Shown one piece after another: positions 1 through 9,796 of a stretch of 64,000 nucleotides of DNA. Positions within the stretch are counted from its first letter, which is position 1; the number at the start of each line of letters is the position of its first letter. Below the pieces are notes generated by a model. The model saw only the letters and a program-made list of their open reading frames with translations. It made no database searches and was not told the origin of the DNA. A program made the position numbers and the translations under genes. This DNA comes from Acidimicrobiales bacterium (GTDB lineage Bacteria; Actinomycetota; Acidimicrobiia; Acidimicrobiales; Acidimicrobilacustridaceae). The stretch spans positions 13,913 through 77,912 of the forward strand of contig JALOLR010000006.1 of assembly GCA_025455885.1 (NCBI GenBank), given 5' to 3'.

Positions 1-2
1 GT

Positions 3-146
3 TTCGCCTCCGTGCCCCAGAAGGACCCGCGTGCGCCGCAGAACCTCGTCCCGATCGGTGGCCTCGAGCGCCTCCTCCGTCACCGTCTCGGCGACCCCGA
101 CGTGCTCCTCCGGGCCCTGCGCGTCGCGGCGGCCGCATCCGCGTGA
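3..146 (+). CDS. C-terminal fragment of a protein entering from the left edge, function unknown
   Basis: Open frame from position 3 (FASVPQKDPRAPQNLVPIGGLERLLRHRLGDPDVLLRALRVAAAASA) to TGA at 144-146, with GC-rich third positions typical of real genes here. Confidence 0.5.
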   Translation, partial: FASVPQKDPRAPQNLVPIGGLERLLRHRLGDPDVLLRALRVAAAASA

Positions 147-173
147 GGTGGCGCAGCCCCGGCCGCACCCCGG

Positions 174-989
174 TCAGCCGGGCTCGGTGACGAAGTCGAT
201 CAGACGCTCGACGGCGCCGACGAGGGAGGCGTGGAGGTCGGCGTAGCTCGTCACCGACCCGAGCACCCGGGCCCAGAACGCTCGGGGATCGTCGACGCCG
301 AGCGACGCGCACACCCCCTCCTTCCAGGGCCGACCCTTCGCCACCTCGGGCCAGGCGTCGATGCCGACCACGGAGGGCTTGACGGCCGCCCACACGTCGA
401 CGAACGGGTGGCCGGTGATCAGGACGTCGGGGTGGTCGATGCCCTCGGCGAGGCGGCTCTCCTTCGAGTCGGCCACGAGGTGGTCGAGCAGGACCCCGAG
501 TCGCCGCCCCGGCCCCGGACCGAAGCCCCGCACGACCTCGTCGAGGTGATCGGCCCCGGCGAGCACCTCGACGACGACGCCTTCGAGGCGCAGGTCGTCG
601 CCCCAGACCTTCTCGACGAGCTCGGCGTCGTGGCGGCCCTCGACAAGGATGCGGCCGGCCCGGGCCGTCCTCGCCGGCGCCCCGGGCACGGCCACCGAAC
701 CCGAGGCCGTGATGCGGGAACGCTCGTCGCGCCGGGCCCTCGGAGGGACCAGCGTGACGCGGTCGCCGGCGACGGCGAAGGCGCCGTCCACCAGCCGCAC
801 CGGTCGATCCCGACCGTCGTCGCCTCGCAGGACGACGACCTGCTTCGTGCAGGCGACCACCACGCCGTCGCGTCGGTCGGCGCGCACGGTCACCCGCAGC
901 CCGGGCACCGCCTCGACCCGGCGGGGCGCCCGTCGCACCCGGGGAGCGCCTCCGTCGAGGTCGAGCGGTTCCGAGAGGATGCCCCGCAT
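174..989 (-). CDS. DUF3097-family protein
   Basis: Motif RILVEGRHDAELVEKVWGDDLRLEGVVVE and LGVLLDHLV...SKESR; ATG at 989 chosen within ORF 174..1013. Confidence 0.75.
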   Translation of the reverse strand: MRGILSEPLDLDGGAPRVRRAPRRVEAVPGLRVTVRADRRDGVVVACTKQVVVLRGDDGRDRPVRLVDGAFAVAGDRVTLVPPRARRDERSRITASGSVAVPGAPARTARAGRILVEGRHDAELVEKVWGDDLRLEGVVVEVLAGADHLDEVVRGFGPGPGRRLGVLLDHLVADSKESRLAEGIDHPDVLITGHPFVDVWAAVKPSVVGIDAWPEVAKGRPWKEGVCASLGVDDPRAFWARVLGSVTSYADLHASLVGAVERLIDFVTEPG

Positions 990-1017
990 GTAGGGCTCGT
1001 CGCGTGCCCCCACCGCC

Positions 1018-1740
1018 TCAGCCGCCGACGAGCTCTCGGATCTTCTCCGCTGTGGCGGGTCCGTCGTAGGCCAGCTCGCCGTCGCGTAGCCCCACGCACC
1101 GCGTCGCCGCCGGCACCAGGTCGAGTTGGTGCGTCGAGCAGATCACCGTGGCGCCCTGCTCGACGACGTCGCTCAGGATCTCGACGAGCGTCTCCTGGCC
1201 CGGGGTGTCGAGGCCCACGAAGGGCTCGTCGATCAACATGAGCCGGAACGGCCGTATGAGCCCCAGGATCAGGCCCGTCTTCTGCTTGAGACCACGGCTG
1301 AACCGGGACGGCAGGTCGTCGGCGCGCTCGGTGAGACCGAACATGTCGAGGAGGTCGTCGGCGTAGTCCTCCCACTCCACGGTGCGGTGGAGACGGGCGA
1401 CGAACTCGATGTGCTCCATGAGGCTGAGGTCGTCGTAGAGCACCGGGCTGTCCGGGAGGTAGGACAACGCGGCCCGGGCCTCGACGCTCCCCGCCGTTCC
1501 GCCGTGCACGTACGCCGCGCCGGTGGTCGGCTCGAGCATGCCCGAGGCCAGTCCGAGGAAGGTCGACTTCCCGGCACCGTTGGGCCCGACCAGCATCACC
1601 AGCTCACCGGAGGGGACCCGCAGGTCGAGCTCGGTGAGGCCCATGCCGTCGCCGTAGTCCTTGCCGAGCTCGAAGGTGTGCAGCGCCAGCGAGGCGTCGA
1701 CGTCGTCGTTCCGAGGTGGCCTGATGTCGAGAAAGCTCAC
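1018..1740 (-). CDS. ABC transporter ATP-binding protein
   Basis: Walker A GPNGAGKST, signature FSRGLKQK, Walker B MLIDEP, H-loop CSTH; GTG start overlaps the stop of the upstream permease. Confidence 0.9.
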   Translation of the reverse strand: MSFLDIRPPRNDDVDASLALHTFELGKDYGDGMGLTELDLRVPSGELVMLVGPNGAGKSTFLGLASGMLEPTTGAAYVHGGTAGSVEARAALSYLPDSPVLYDDLSLMEHIEFVARLHRTVEWEDYADDLLDMFGLTERADDLPSRFSRGLKQKTGLILGLIRPFRLMLIDEPFVGLDTPGQETLVEILSDVVEQGATVICSTHQLDLVPAATRCVGLRDGELAYDGPATAEKIRELVGG

Positions 1741-3302
1741 AGGTGCTTCGGCTTCCGGGTTCGCAGGTACAGGAAGGCCCCGGCCACGAGGAACAGCACC
1801 CAGGTGGTGTTGTTGGCGACGCGGGCGGGGTCGAGGGTGGCCGGGTCGGAGCCCGCCGAGAGCAGCGGTAGCAGGGACACGACCACGATGGCGGGGGGGA
1901 TGATGACACGGGCCAGCATCACCCACCCCATGACGTCGGGGCCGAGGTTCGACAGCGTGGCGCTGTCGGGGGCGCCCTGGGCGGTGGAGATCGTGGCGGC
2001 GATGGCCGCAGCCAGGGCGACCGGGACGACCAGGACCCCCGTGAGGCGCAGCACGACCTCGGCCGGGGCGAGGATCATGGCGGTGGCTGCGGCGACCAGG
2101 CACAGCACGACCATCACGACGAAGGAGGCCGGGAGGTGGTTGAGCAGGAAGCGTCCGGGATCCTCCGGGTAGCTGTCCCAGCGAGTCGGGTGGTCCACCT
2201 CCTGGGCGACGGGTTCGGCGGCGTCGTAGGCGGCGACGAAGAGGGCGATCCCGGCGACGATGATCGCCGCCGGCGTGCCCCGCCAGGCGACGCCGAGGGC
2301 CAGCCCGGCGATGCCGGCGACGAACACCATGCGGACGAGGCGGACGAGCGGGAAGCGGAAGTAGCTCTGCCAGTCCCGCTTCCAGATGGGGGGCACCCGG
2401 CTCTTCGTCGCCGCCCGTCGGATGCGGATCCAGGGCCGGAGGCGGGGCTTCTCCTGGGAGAGCTGCCGGCGCAGGAGCACGACCGTGCGCACGTCCTGCA
2501 GGGTGACGGCGAAGCGGAGCTGCGCCACCAGCCCGGCTCGCCGCAGCGCGGCCTCGGTGGAGAGGTTGCCGATCCTCGCCACCCCGAGGAGCGGGATCGC
2601 GACGGCCACTGCGACACCCACGAGCGCGAGGGCGGTGAACGTGATCGGCCAGAACGCCACGGCGGCGAGCCAGGTGAGCGGCGAGGTCCGGATCTCGAGG
2701 ACGATGTCGAGCGCCGACCATCCGATGACGAGGGCCGCGATGGCGTTGGCCGGCCACCACCGGATCCGCCGGGTGGAGACCACCATGGCTGTTCCGGAGG
2801 CGAGCACGCCGGCGAGGGCGAAGGTCACGGCGCAGGCGACGACCGCGGCCACGACGTTCACGGGCAGGCGCTGGGAGGCCAGCTCGCCGGTGATGGCCCC
2901 CACCACCGCCCCGCTGAAGGCCAGGAAGCGGAGCTGCTTCACCGCAGGGCCGCGGAGGACGGCGGCGCGGTCGACCGGGGCGTTGAGCTCGTGGACGACC
3001 ACCGGGGCCTCGAGGACGAGCGGTCCGCCGCGCGAACCGGATCGGATCCCGACGGCGACGGCGACGGCGATGCCGAGGCCCAGCCAGGCGGGAGCGACGC
3101 GGGCGAACGTGACGGCGTCGGTGGGGGTGACCGACTCGCCGGGGAGCTGGTCGGCGCCGAGGGCGACGGCGATGACGCCCAGGAAGCCCACGATGTAGAC
3201 GCGGTAGAGGGCGTCGATCCAGTGGACGTGGGCGAGCCGGTTCGACCGTCGGGTCTTCCGAAGGTCGACGAGGGCGACCTCGGGTTCCTCGACGGCGATC
3301 AC
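1737..3302 (-). CDS. Multi-pass membrane protein, probable ABC exporter permease
   Basis: Many hydrophobic segments; translationally coupled to the downstream ABC ATPase; start uncertain (3302 or 3353). Confidence 0.7.
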   Translation of the reverse strand: MIAVEEPEVALVDLRKTRRSNRLAHVHWIDALYRVYIVGFLGVIAVALGADQLPGESVTPTDAVTFARVAPAWLGLGIAVAVAVGIRSGSRGGPLVLEAPVVVHELNAPVDRAAVLRGPAVKQLRFLAFSGAVVGAITGELASQRLPVNVVAAVVACAVTFALAGVLASGTAMVVSTRRIRWWPANAIAALVIGWSALDIVLEIRTSPLTWLAAVAFWPITFTALALVGVAVAVAIPLLGVARIGNLSTEAALRRAGLVAQLRFAVTLQDVRTVVLLRRQLSQEKPRLRPWIRIRRAATKSRVPPIWKRDWQSYFRFPLVRLVRMVFVAGIAGLALGVAWRGTPAAIIVAGIALFVAAYDAAEPVAQEVDHPTRWDSYPEDPGRFLLNHLPASFVVMVVLCLVAAATAMILAPAEVVLRLTGVLVVPVALAAAIAATISTAQGAPDSATLSNLGPDVMGWVMLARVIIPPAIVVVSLLPLLSAGSDPATLDPARVANNTTWVLFLVAGAFLYLRTRKPKHL

Positions 3303-3349
3303 GTCCGGACACGCTACTTGTGGCCGTCGGTGCCGGGATCCCGCGTCGG

Positions 3350-5140
3350 TCACGAACGCCGCGCGGCCTCCTCGGCCTCCTCGGCGACGGCCAGCCAGCG
3401 CTCCTCGGCGACCTCGAGCCGGCCCCGCACGTCGGCCAGCTCGTCGCCGAGGGCGCGCAGCTCGGCGTGCCCGGCGGTGCCGGCGCGCGTGGCGAGCTCC
3501 CCCTCGATCCGGTGCCGCTCACGGGCCAGCCGTCCCACGTCCTTCTCGGCGTCCTTGAGGAGGCGTCGCAGCGTGCTCGCGCTCCGGGTCGGAGCCGTCG
3601 GCGTCCGCGCGTCGGCGGTTCGGGGGGTGGGGGCCGCCCGGGGGGTCGGGGGCGCCGCCGTGGCGCGACCCGGCGCCCGCCGGGCCCGGCGCTCCTCCTC
3701 CCACGCCGCGTAACCGCCCGGGCGGCGGGCGGGGGTACCGGCGCCGTCCATGACGAGCACGTCCGTGACGGTCCGCTCGAGGAACGCACGGTCGTGGGAC
3801 ACCACGACGAGCGCGCCGGGCCATTCGTCGAGGAACTCCTCGAGGACGCGCAGCGTGTCGAGGTCGAGGTCGTTGGTGGGCTCGTCGAGCAGGAGGACGT
3901 TGGGCTGCGCGGCGAGCACGATCAGGAGTTGGAGACGTCGGCGTTCCCCGCCGGAGAGCAGGCCGACGGGGGCCCATTGGGCGTCGGCGTCGAACCAGAA
4001 CGATTCGAGCAGCGCGGCGTCACGCCAGTCGGGCACCCGGTGCTCTCCGACCAGGGCGTCGCGCACGCGTCGGCCCGGGTCGAGCTCCACGCCGTTCTGG
4101 TCGTAGTACCCGAGCCGCACCGTCGGTCCGTGCACCACCCGTCCCGTGGTGGGGGAGCGGCGGCCGGCGACGAGGTCGAGCAGGGTGGACTTGCCGACAC
4201 CGTTCGGGCCCACGATGCCGAGCCGCTCCCGGGGGTCCAGCGCCAGGTCGAGGCCGGCGAAGAGCGGCGCCGGCGCGTCGTGGGCGAAGCCGGCGTCGTG
4301 GAGCTCGACGACCTTGTCGCCGAGCCGGGGCGTCCCCAGGTGCAGGTCGGGGATCCCGACGCGGGCCGGGGCCTCGGCGCGACCCTCCACGATCGCGGTG
4401 GCGGACTCGATCCGCGCCTTGGGCTTGCGGGTGCGCGCCGGGGCGCCCCGCCGCAGCCAGGCCAGCTCCTTGCGAGCGAGCACCCGCCGGGTCGACTCGT
4501 CCGAGGCGGCCTTCTCCTCCCGCTCGGCCCGACCCTCGAGGTAGGCGCCGTAGCCGCCGTCGTGGAGGTGGCCGCGTCCCCGGTCGAGCTCGAGGACCTG
4601 GGTGGTCACCCGATCGAGCACGTGGCGGTCGTGGGTGACGAGCACGAGCCCGCCGCGGTGGGCGGCGAGGCGTTCCTCGAGCCATGCCACGGCGTCGATG
4701 TCGAGGTGGTTGGTCGGCTCGTCGAGCACCAAGAGGTCGCTCTCGGCGACCAGGGTGCGGGCGAGGGCCACCCGCTTGGCCTGCCCTCCGGAGAGCGCGG
4801 CGGTGTCGGCCCCGGCCAGCGGGGTCATCCCGAGGTGGTCGAGGACGGCGGCGGCCTCCCACGCCTGCTCGGCGACCTCCTCCACCGCGGCGAGCACCGG
4901 GCCCGGTGGCAGCACCGGACGCTGGACCAGCGCCGCGACGCGGACGCCCCGGCCGCGACGCACGACACCGGCCTCCGGGTCGGCCTCGCCGGTCATGACG
5001 GAGAGCAGGGTGGACTTCCCGCACCCGTTCAGGCCGACGACGCCGAGACGGTCACCGGTGGCGACGGTGAGGGAGAGCCGGGAGAACAGCGGCCGCCCCG
5101 GCCGGCTCATCGTCACCTCGTCGAGGTCCACGAGGATCAC
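3350..5140 (-). CDS. ABC-F family ATP-binding protein (Uup-like)
   Basis: Two ABC domains (GLNGCGKST / LSGGQ / LDEPTNHLD; GPNGVGKST / LSGGE / LDEPTNDLD), no TM segments, C-terminal coiled coil. Confidence 0.9.
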   Translation of the reverse strand: MILVDLDEVTMSRPGRPLFSRLSLTVATGDRLGVVGLNGCGKSTLLSVMTGEADPEAGVVRRGRGVRVAALVQRPVLPPGPVLAAVEEVAEQAWEAAAVLDHLGMTPLAGADTAALSGGQAKRVALARTLVAESDLLVLDEPTNHLDIDAVAWLEERLAAHRGGLVLVTHDRHVLDRVTTQVLELDRGRGHLHDGGYGAYLEGRAEREEKAASDESTRRVLARKELAWLRRGAPARTRKPKARIESATAIVEGRAEAPARVGIPDLHLGTPRLGDKVVELHDAGFAHDAPAPLFAGLDLALDPRERLGIVGPNGVGKSTLLDLVAGRRSPTTGRVVHGPTVRLGYYDQNGVELDPGRRVRDALVGEHRVPDWRDAALLESFWFDADAQWAPVGLLSGGERRRLQLLIVLAAQPNVLLLDEPTNDLDLDTLRVLEEFLDEWPGALVVVSHDRAFLERTVTDVLVMDGAGTPARRPGGYAAWEEERRARRAPGRATAAPPTPRAAPTPRTADARTPTAPTRSASTLRRLLKDAEKDVGRLARERHRIEGELATRAGTAGHAELRALGDELADVRGRLEVAEERWLAVAEEAEEAARRS

Positions 5141-5446
5141 GCCGCGAGGCTAACGAGGGCCCGCCCCGTCGCCTCGTCCCGCCCCGACGACCGTGCCCGA
5201 GCGTCCGGCTTCGACCAGATCCCTGCCCCCGCCCGTGGACGTCGACGTCGCCACGCCGCGGTGGCAGGCGACGGTCCCCGCCGGCCCGGGCGGGTGTCCT
5301 CGCCGACTCGGGGTGCTCGGCGCTGGTGCTCGCCGCGCTGTTCGCCCGGGGCCAGTACGTGTCGTGACGCCCGTGGCGAGGTTCGGCCAGCGCGGTACGC
5401 TCATTTCCACGGACACGACCGAGTTTTCTCCCGAAGGGCCACCGCG

Positions 5447-6091
5447 ATGAGCATCGATGCCGACACCACTGCTGACGCCGAGGCCGGGCCCGCCGTGGTC
5501 CTGGCGGTGACCCCCGAGGCGCTGGAGCGGGTGCTCGAGATCCGCAACGGCGAGGACGATCCGGGCAGCCTCTGCCTGCGTGTCGAGATCACCGGCGTCG
5601 CCGGGCCGGACTACACCTACGACCTGGCCTTCGAGGCGGTGTCCGACGCCGACCCGGAGGACGACCTGTCCGTGCAGGGCGGCCTCAGCGTCGTGGTGGC
5701 CGCCGACAGCGTCGAGCGCATGGCCGGCTCCACCCTCGACGTGCCGCGCAACCCGGGCCAGGCCGGCCTCGTGATCCGGAACCCCAACCGACCGAACCCG
5801 TTGGCCGGCAAGGACATCGTGCTCACCGGCGACGTCCCCGACCAGGTCCGCCAGCTCCTCGACGAGTCCATCAACCCGAGCCTGGCCTCCCACGGCGGCT
5901 ACGCCGAGCTCGTGGGCGTGGAGGGCGCCACGGCCTTCCTCACGATGGGGGGCGGCTGCCAGGGTTGTGCAATGAGCGCCGCCACGCTGCGTGAAGGCAT
6001 CCAGGTGGCGATCCTCGAGGCGATCCCGGCGATCACCGAGGTCGTGGATGTGACCGACCACAACGCCGGCGACAACCCCTTCTACACCTGA
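5447..6091 (+). CDS. nfuA: NfuA-type Fe-S cluster biogenesis protein (degenerate A-type domain plus Nfu domain)
   Basis: C-terminal INPSLASHGG...GGGCQGC Nfu motif; N-terminal HesB-like segment (LRVEITG...YDLAF). Confidence 0.85.
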   Translation: MSIDADTTADAEAGPAVVLAVTPEALERVLEIRNGEDDPGSLCLRVEITGVAGPDYTYDLAFEAVSDADPEDDLSVQGGLSVVVAADSVERMAGSTLDVPRNPGQAGLVIRNPNRPNPLAGKDIVLTGDVPDQVRQLLDESINPSLASHGGYAELVGVEGATAFLTMGGGCQGCAMSAATLREGIQVAILEAIPAITEVVDVTDHNAGDNPFYT

Positions 6092-6107
6092 CGCACGCCG
6101 CCGACGG

Positions 6108-8237
6108 TCAGCGCCACCACTGCGTCGGGAGGCTGCGGACGGCGGCGACGGTGGCGTCGGAGGTGTGGGCCAGCGACCGCTCGAGCGTGCTGAGCCAGGC
6201 CCACAGCCAGATCATCCGCAGGTAGTCCTCGGGGTCCACGCCGTCGGACGGAGGGGGCTCGCCCTCGGGCCGGGGGAGCGGGCGGGTCGGTGCGGACGCG
6301 TCGTCGAGCCAGGAGGCCACGGCGGTGAACCCCGCCTCGGTCTCGAAGGCCCGCGCCTCGAGCGCGACGGGCGGTCGCCGGCCCTCGTCGGGCGCGGTGG
6401 GGCCGAGACCGAAGTTCCGGCGGGTCCAGTCCCCGGAGATGACGAGCGCCGGCGGCGTCATCATCGCCACCCGGTCGGCGAGCAGGACCGACGCCCGGCG
6501 GTCGTTGGTCAGCTCCTGCAGCGTCTCCTCGAGCTCCTCGCGGGTGGCGATCAGGTCCGTCCTCGCCCGTCGCAGGCCCTCCGGTCCCCCGGAGAGCCCG
6601 AGCACCTCGGCGCTCACCGCCCGCACGGTGGCGGCCGAGGCGCGGTAGAGCCGGGCGGCCATGGGGGCCAGGCTGCCCTCGGGGCCGCGTGGCCAGAAGA
6701 CGAACCCCGCGACCACGGCGACGGCGATCCCGGTGGCGACGGTCTCGAGGCGCAGCACGGCGGTCTGGGCTCCCGACGGCTCGGCGAGGTTGAACAGGAC
6801 GACGACGAACACCGTGAACGCCGCCTGGCCGCTGCCCAGGCCCACGGCCCCGGGTGCCCAGGCGGCGAGGAAGGTGGCCGCCGGGAGGAGCACCCACAAC
6901 AGCCCGTCCTGGCCGTTCGCCGCGAAGGCGATCGGGGCGGCGAGGGCGAAGCCGATCACCGTGCCCCGCAACGCTTGCACCGCCGTCACGGCGGTGTCGT
7001 TCACGCCGCTACGCAGCACCATGAGGGTGCCGAGGACCACCCAGAAGCCGTGGTCGAAGTCGACGGCTCGGGCCACCGCCAACGAGAGCGCGAGGGCGGC
7101 GGCGGCGCGGAGGCTGTTGCGGAACCGGGTGCTCTGCCATCGCAGGTGGAAGCCGAGCGTCCTCCGGGCGCGGGCCAGGAACGCCGCGGTCCCGCTCTTG
7201 GGCACCTCCACCTCGACGTCGAGCTGGATGGTGTCGGGGGGCCGGTGGCCGGCCCAGATGGAGGCGTCGGCCGCGGCGACGGCGGCGAGGGAGGTCACCA
7301 GGCGCAGCCGGGTCGCCCGCACCGCGCCGTCCTCGATGCTGCGCCGCGCCGCCGGGTCGTCGCCGCGCAGACCGGCCACCACGGCGTCGCGGTGCTCGAC
7401 CAGGGCGTCGCGGGCGGGCACGAGGTCGGCCGGCGGACCCCCGGCGAGGGCCTCGGCGGCCGCGTCGAACGTCGACGCGGCGGTACGGGCCAGCCGACGT
7501 TCGACGTCGTCGAACGGGGAGGGGCCCGGGCTCATGTGCTCGAGGATCAACGTCGCCCGGCCGATGGCGTCGAGCAATCCGGTGAGGGCGGTCTGGCCCA
7601 CGGTCGCGACCAGCGGGCGGCCGGGGGCCCGGGCGAGGTCCTCGCGCACCTGGCGGGCGAGCGTGATGTCGAGGTCGGGGAGGTCGGCGTCCTCGGCGAG
7701 CGCCCGGAGTCGTGCGGCCAGCGCTCGGCTCTGGGCGGCGAGACGGTCGCGGGCCACGGGCGGGCGGTGGAGGGGCGCGACCAGCGCGCCCAGCCCGGCG
7801 ACGATGCACCCCAGCACCCAACCTCCGACCCGCTGGTCGAGCTCCACGACCGGACGGGTCATCACCGAGAGGGCGAAGGCGAGCATCAGCGTGGTCCCGG
7901 CGGCGATGGCGTAGCCGCCCAGGCAGCCCACGAAGCGGATGACGAAGGTGACCGTGGCGATCGCCGCCACCGCGACCGCCGCCCGGCCGGCCGAGGCGCT
8001 CCCGACCAGCACGAGCACGGCGCCGATCACGGCGAGGGTCGCGTAGCCCTCGACCTTGCGGCGCGCCGTCCCCTGGAAGTCGGCGAACACGAGCGACGCG
8101 AACGACGCGAAGGCTGCGTACAGGGCGGCGGTGGACCCGACCGCCGCTCCCGTGGCGCCGTAGACGACCGGGACGATGATCGCGGCGCGGAGACCCTTGC
8201 GGAGGTTCGTCCCGCCGGGGTCGTGGACGAACCGCAC
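6108..8237 (-). CDS. FUSC-family (fusaric acid resistance / aromatic acid exporter-like) membrane protein
   Basis: Two hydrophobic blocks; FRNSLRAAAALAL...HGFWVVLGTLMVLR...ALRGTVIG pattern. Confidence 0.8.
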   Translation of the reverse strand: MRFVHDPGGTNLRKGLRAAIIVPVVYGATGAAVGSTAALYAAFASFASLVFADFQGTARRKVEGYATLAVIGAVLVLVGSASAGRAAVAVAAIATVTFVIRFVGCLGGYAIAAGTTLMLAFALSVMTRPVVELDQRVGGWVLGCIVAGLGALVAPLHRPPVARDRLAAQSRALAARLRALAEDADLPDLDITLARQVREDLARAPGRPLVATVGQTALTGLLDAIGRATLILEHMSPGPSPFDDVERRLARTAASTFDAAAEALAGGPPADLVPARDALVEHRDAVVAGLRGDDPAARRSIEDGAVRATRLRLVTSLAAVAAADASIWAGHRPPDTIQLDVEVEVPKSGTAAFLARARRTLGFHLRWQSTRFRNSLRAAAALALSLAVARAVDFDHGFWVVLGTLMVLRSGVNDTAVTAVQALRGTVIGFALAAPIAFAANGQDGLLWVLLPAATFLAAWAPGAVGLGSGQAAFTVFVVVLFNLAEPSGAQTAVLRLETVATGIAVAVVAGFVFWPRGPEGSLAPMAARLYRASAATVRAVSAEVLGLSGGPEGLRRARTDLIATREELEETLQELTNDRRASVLLADRVAMMTPPALVISGDWTRRNFGLGPTAPDEGRRPPVALEARAFETEAGFTAVASWLDDASAPTRPLPRPEGEPPPSDGVDPEDYLRMIWLWAWLSTLERSLAHTSDATVAAVRSLPTQWWR

Positions 8238-8298
8238 CTCGCCATGATGGATCAGCCCGGCGGTCCGGCGCGTCCTGGCTGGCGGCGCGAGGTCCGGG

Positions 8299-8643
8299 TC
8301 AGGGTCCGTCGGGCGGCGACGACAGCCCGCCGGTGATCACCCACACCCAGAACACGGCCGTGAGCACGCAGAAGACCGAGGCCGCCCAGCCCCACCGGTT
8401 GCCCTTCAGCGCGGCGCGCACGCCGACGGCGAGACCGATGACCGACGGGATGAGCAGGAACGCGCCGAGCAACCTGCCGAGCCAGGCGTAGGTCGCGGAT
8501 GGGTACGGCCGGTAGGGCGGGCGAGCGATCTCGTCGAAGCCGCTCGGGAGGACCGAGCCGCCCCCGACCGTCCAGAAGTGGGCTTCCTCGGCCTCGGTCC
8601 ACCCCGTGTACCCGCCGTCAGGGTGCTCGGGCTCCCGGCTCAT
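8299..8643 (-). CDS. Small hypothetical membrane protein (2 TM)
   Basis: 114 aa ORF with two hydrophobic helices, fills the gap between known genes. Confidence 0.5.
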   Translation of the reverse strand: MSREPEHPDGGYTGWTEAEEAHFWTVGGGSVLPSGFDEIARPPYRPYPSATYAWLGRLLGAFLLIPSVIGLAVGVRAALKGNRWGWAASVFCVLTAVFWVWVITGGLSSPPDGP

Positions 8644-8779
8644 CCCCCCATGCTCTCATGGCCGGGGGTCGGAGCGCGGTCCGCCGTGCGGGGTGGTCGG
8701 CACAAACTTGCTTCACGATGCGAACTATCGGTACGTTGCCGGAGTTGAGACCTCTGGTCGACCACGAGGAGCTACGTCC

Positions 8780-9796
8780 ATGGCAGATGTCGTCCACGAG
8801 TCGGTCTTCCGGCTCCAGTTCCCCTTCCAGCGCACGCTGGGCCCCACCATCGGGGCCTTCGCGTCGGCGCTGGCCGACCAGACCCTCATCGGGGTCAGGG
8901 TCGGTGACCGGGTCATCGCGCCGCCGCTCGAGTACGACCCCGAGAACGGCGCCGCCGCCGGCTCCGACTTCGTGAAGGTCGGGCCGAAGGGGACCGTCGT
9001 CAACTGGACGTGGGTGGACCGGCCCACGCACCTGCACCCCCTCGACCACCCGTTCGCGTTCGCGTTCGTCCAGCTCGACGGGGCCGACACCCCGATGTTC
9101 CACGCCGTCGACGTCGGGTCGCCCGACGCCGTGTCGATCGGGATGCGGGTGGAGCCCCGCTGGCGAGCGGAGCGAGAGGGTCGCATCGACGACCTCGAGG
9201 CGTTCGTCCCCGCCGCCGACGACAGCCTCAGCGAGGGCGCCGGCGAACCGTGGGCCGTCCCCGACGAGCTGCCCGTCGACCACATGGAGATGGACTGCGA
9301 CCTCACCTACGTCGACAACACCGCGCCGGCCACGCTGATCTGGATGCGCTCGCTGCTCGACGGCAAGCTCATCGGCCAGCAGTGCCCGATGTGCAACCGG
9401 ATCTACGTGGGGCCTCGTGGCCTGTGCTGCGTCGACGCCATCGAGCTCGACGAGTCCCACCTGATCGACGTGCCCGACAAGGGCGTCGTCACCAACTTCA
9501 CGATCATCACCCCGACGCCGTACCCGGGCCAGACCGAGACGGAGCCGTTCGTGCGCTGCTCGATCCTGCTCGACGGCACCGACGCCGTGCTCAGCCAGCA
9601 GTCCGTGCTCGGCATCCCCGCCTCCGAGGTCCGGGTCGGCATGCACGTCGAGTGCGTGTGGGCGCCGCCCGAGGAGCGCAACGTCGACGACGTCGGCAAC
9701 CGGGGGTGGGGTGTCGGCGGTGACTGCATCCGGGGCTGGCAGTCGACTGGCCAGCCCGACGAACCGGCCGAGAACTACGTGGAACGGATGATGTGA
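8780..9796 (+). CDS. Tandem DUF35 (Zn-ribbon/OB-fold) protein, Rv3521-like
   Basis: Two OB-fold repeats (GTVVNWTWV..; GVVTNFTII..), second with CPMC..CCVD; GAGGAG RBS upstream. Confidence 0.85.
   Translation: MADVVHESVFRLQFPFQRTLGPTIGAFASALADQTLIGVRVGDRVIAPPLEYDPENGAAAGSDFVKVGPKGTVVNWTWVDRPTHLHPLDHPFAFAFVQLDGADTPMFHAVDVGSPDAVSIGMRVEPRWRAEREGRIDDLEAFVPAADDSLSEGAGEPWAVPDELPVDHMEMDCDLTYVDNTAPATLIWMRSLLDGKLIGQQCPMCNRIYVGPRGLCCVDAIELDESHLIDVPDKGVVTNFTIITPTPYPGQTETEPFVRCSILLDGTDAVLSQQSVLGIPASEVRVGMHVECVWAPPEERNVDDVGNRGWGVGGDCIRGWQSTGQPDEPAENYVERMM

Noticed and set aside
3600-3700. G-run cluster suggestive of a G-quadruplex
   Set aside because: Explained by the Pro/Thr/Ala/Arg linker codons of the ABC-F gene on the minus strand
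5141-5446. Small ORFs in the divergent gap between the ABC-F gene and nfuA
   Set aside because: No credible start/RBS or protein-like composition; most simply a divergent promoter region
8700-8720. KstR/KstR2 box upstream of the OB-fold/thiolase operon (ACAAACTTGCTTCA)
   Set aside because: At least two mismatches to TnnAACnnGTTnnA and not palindromic
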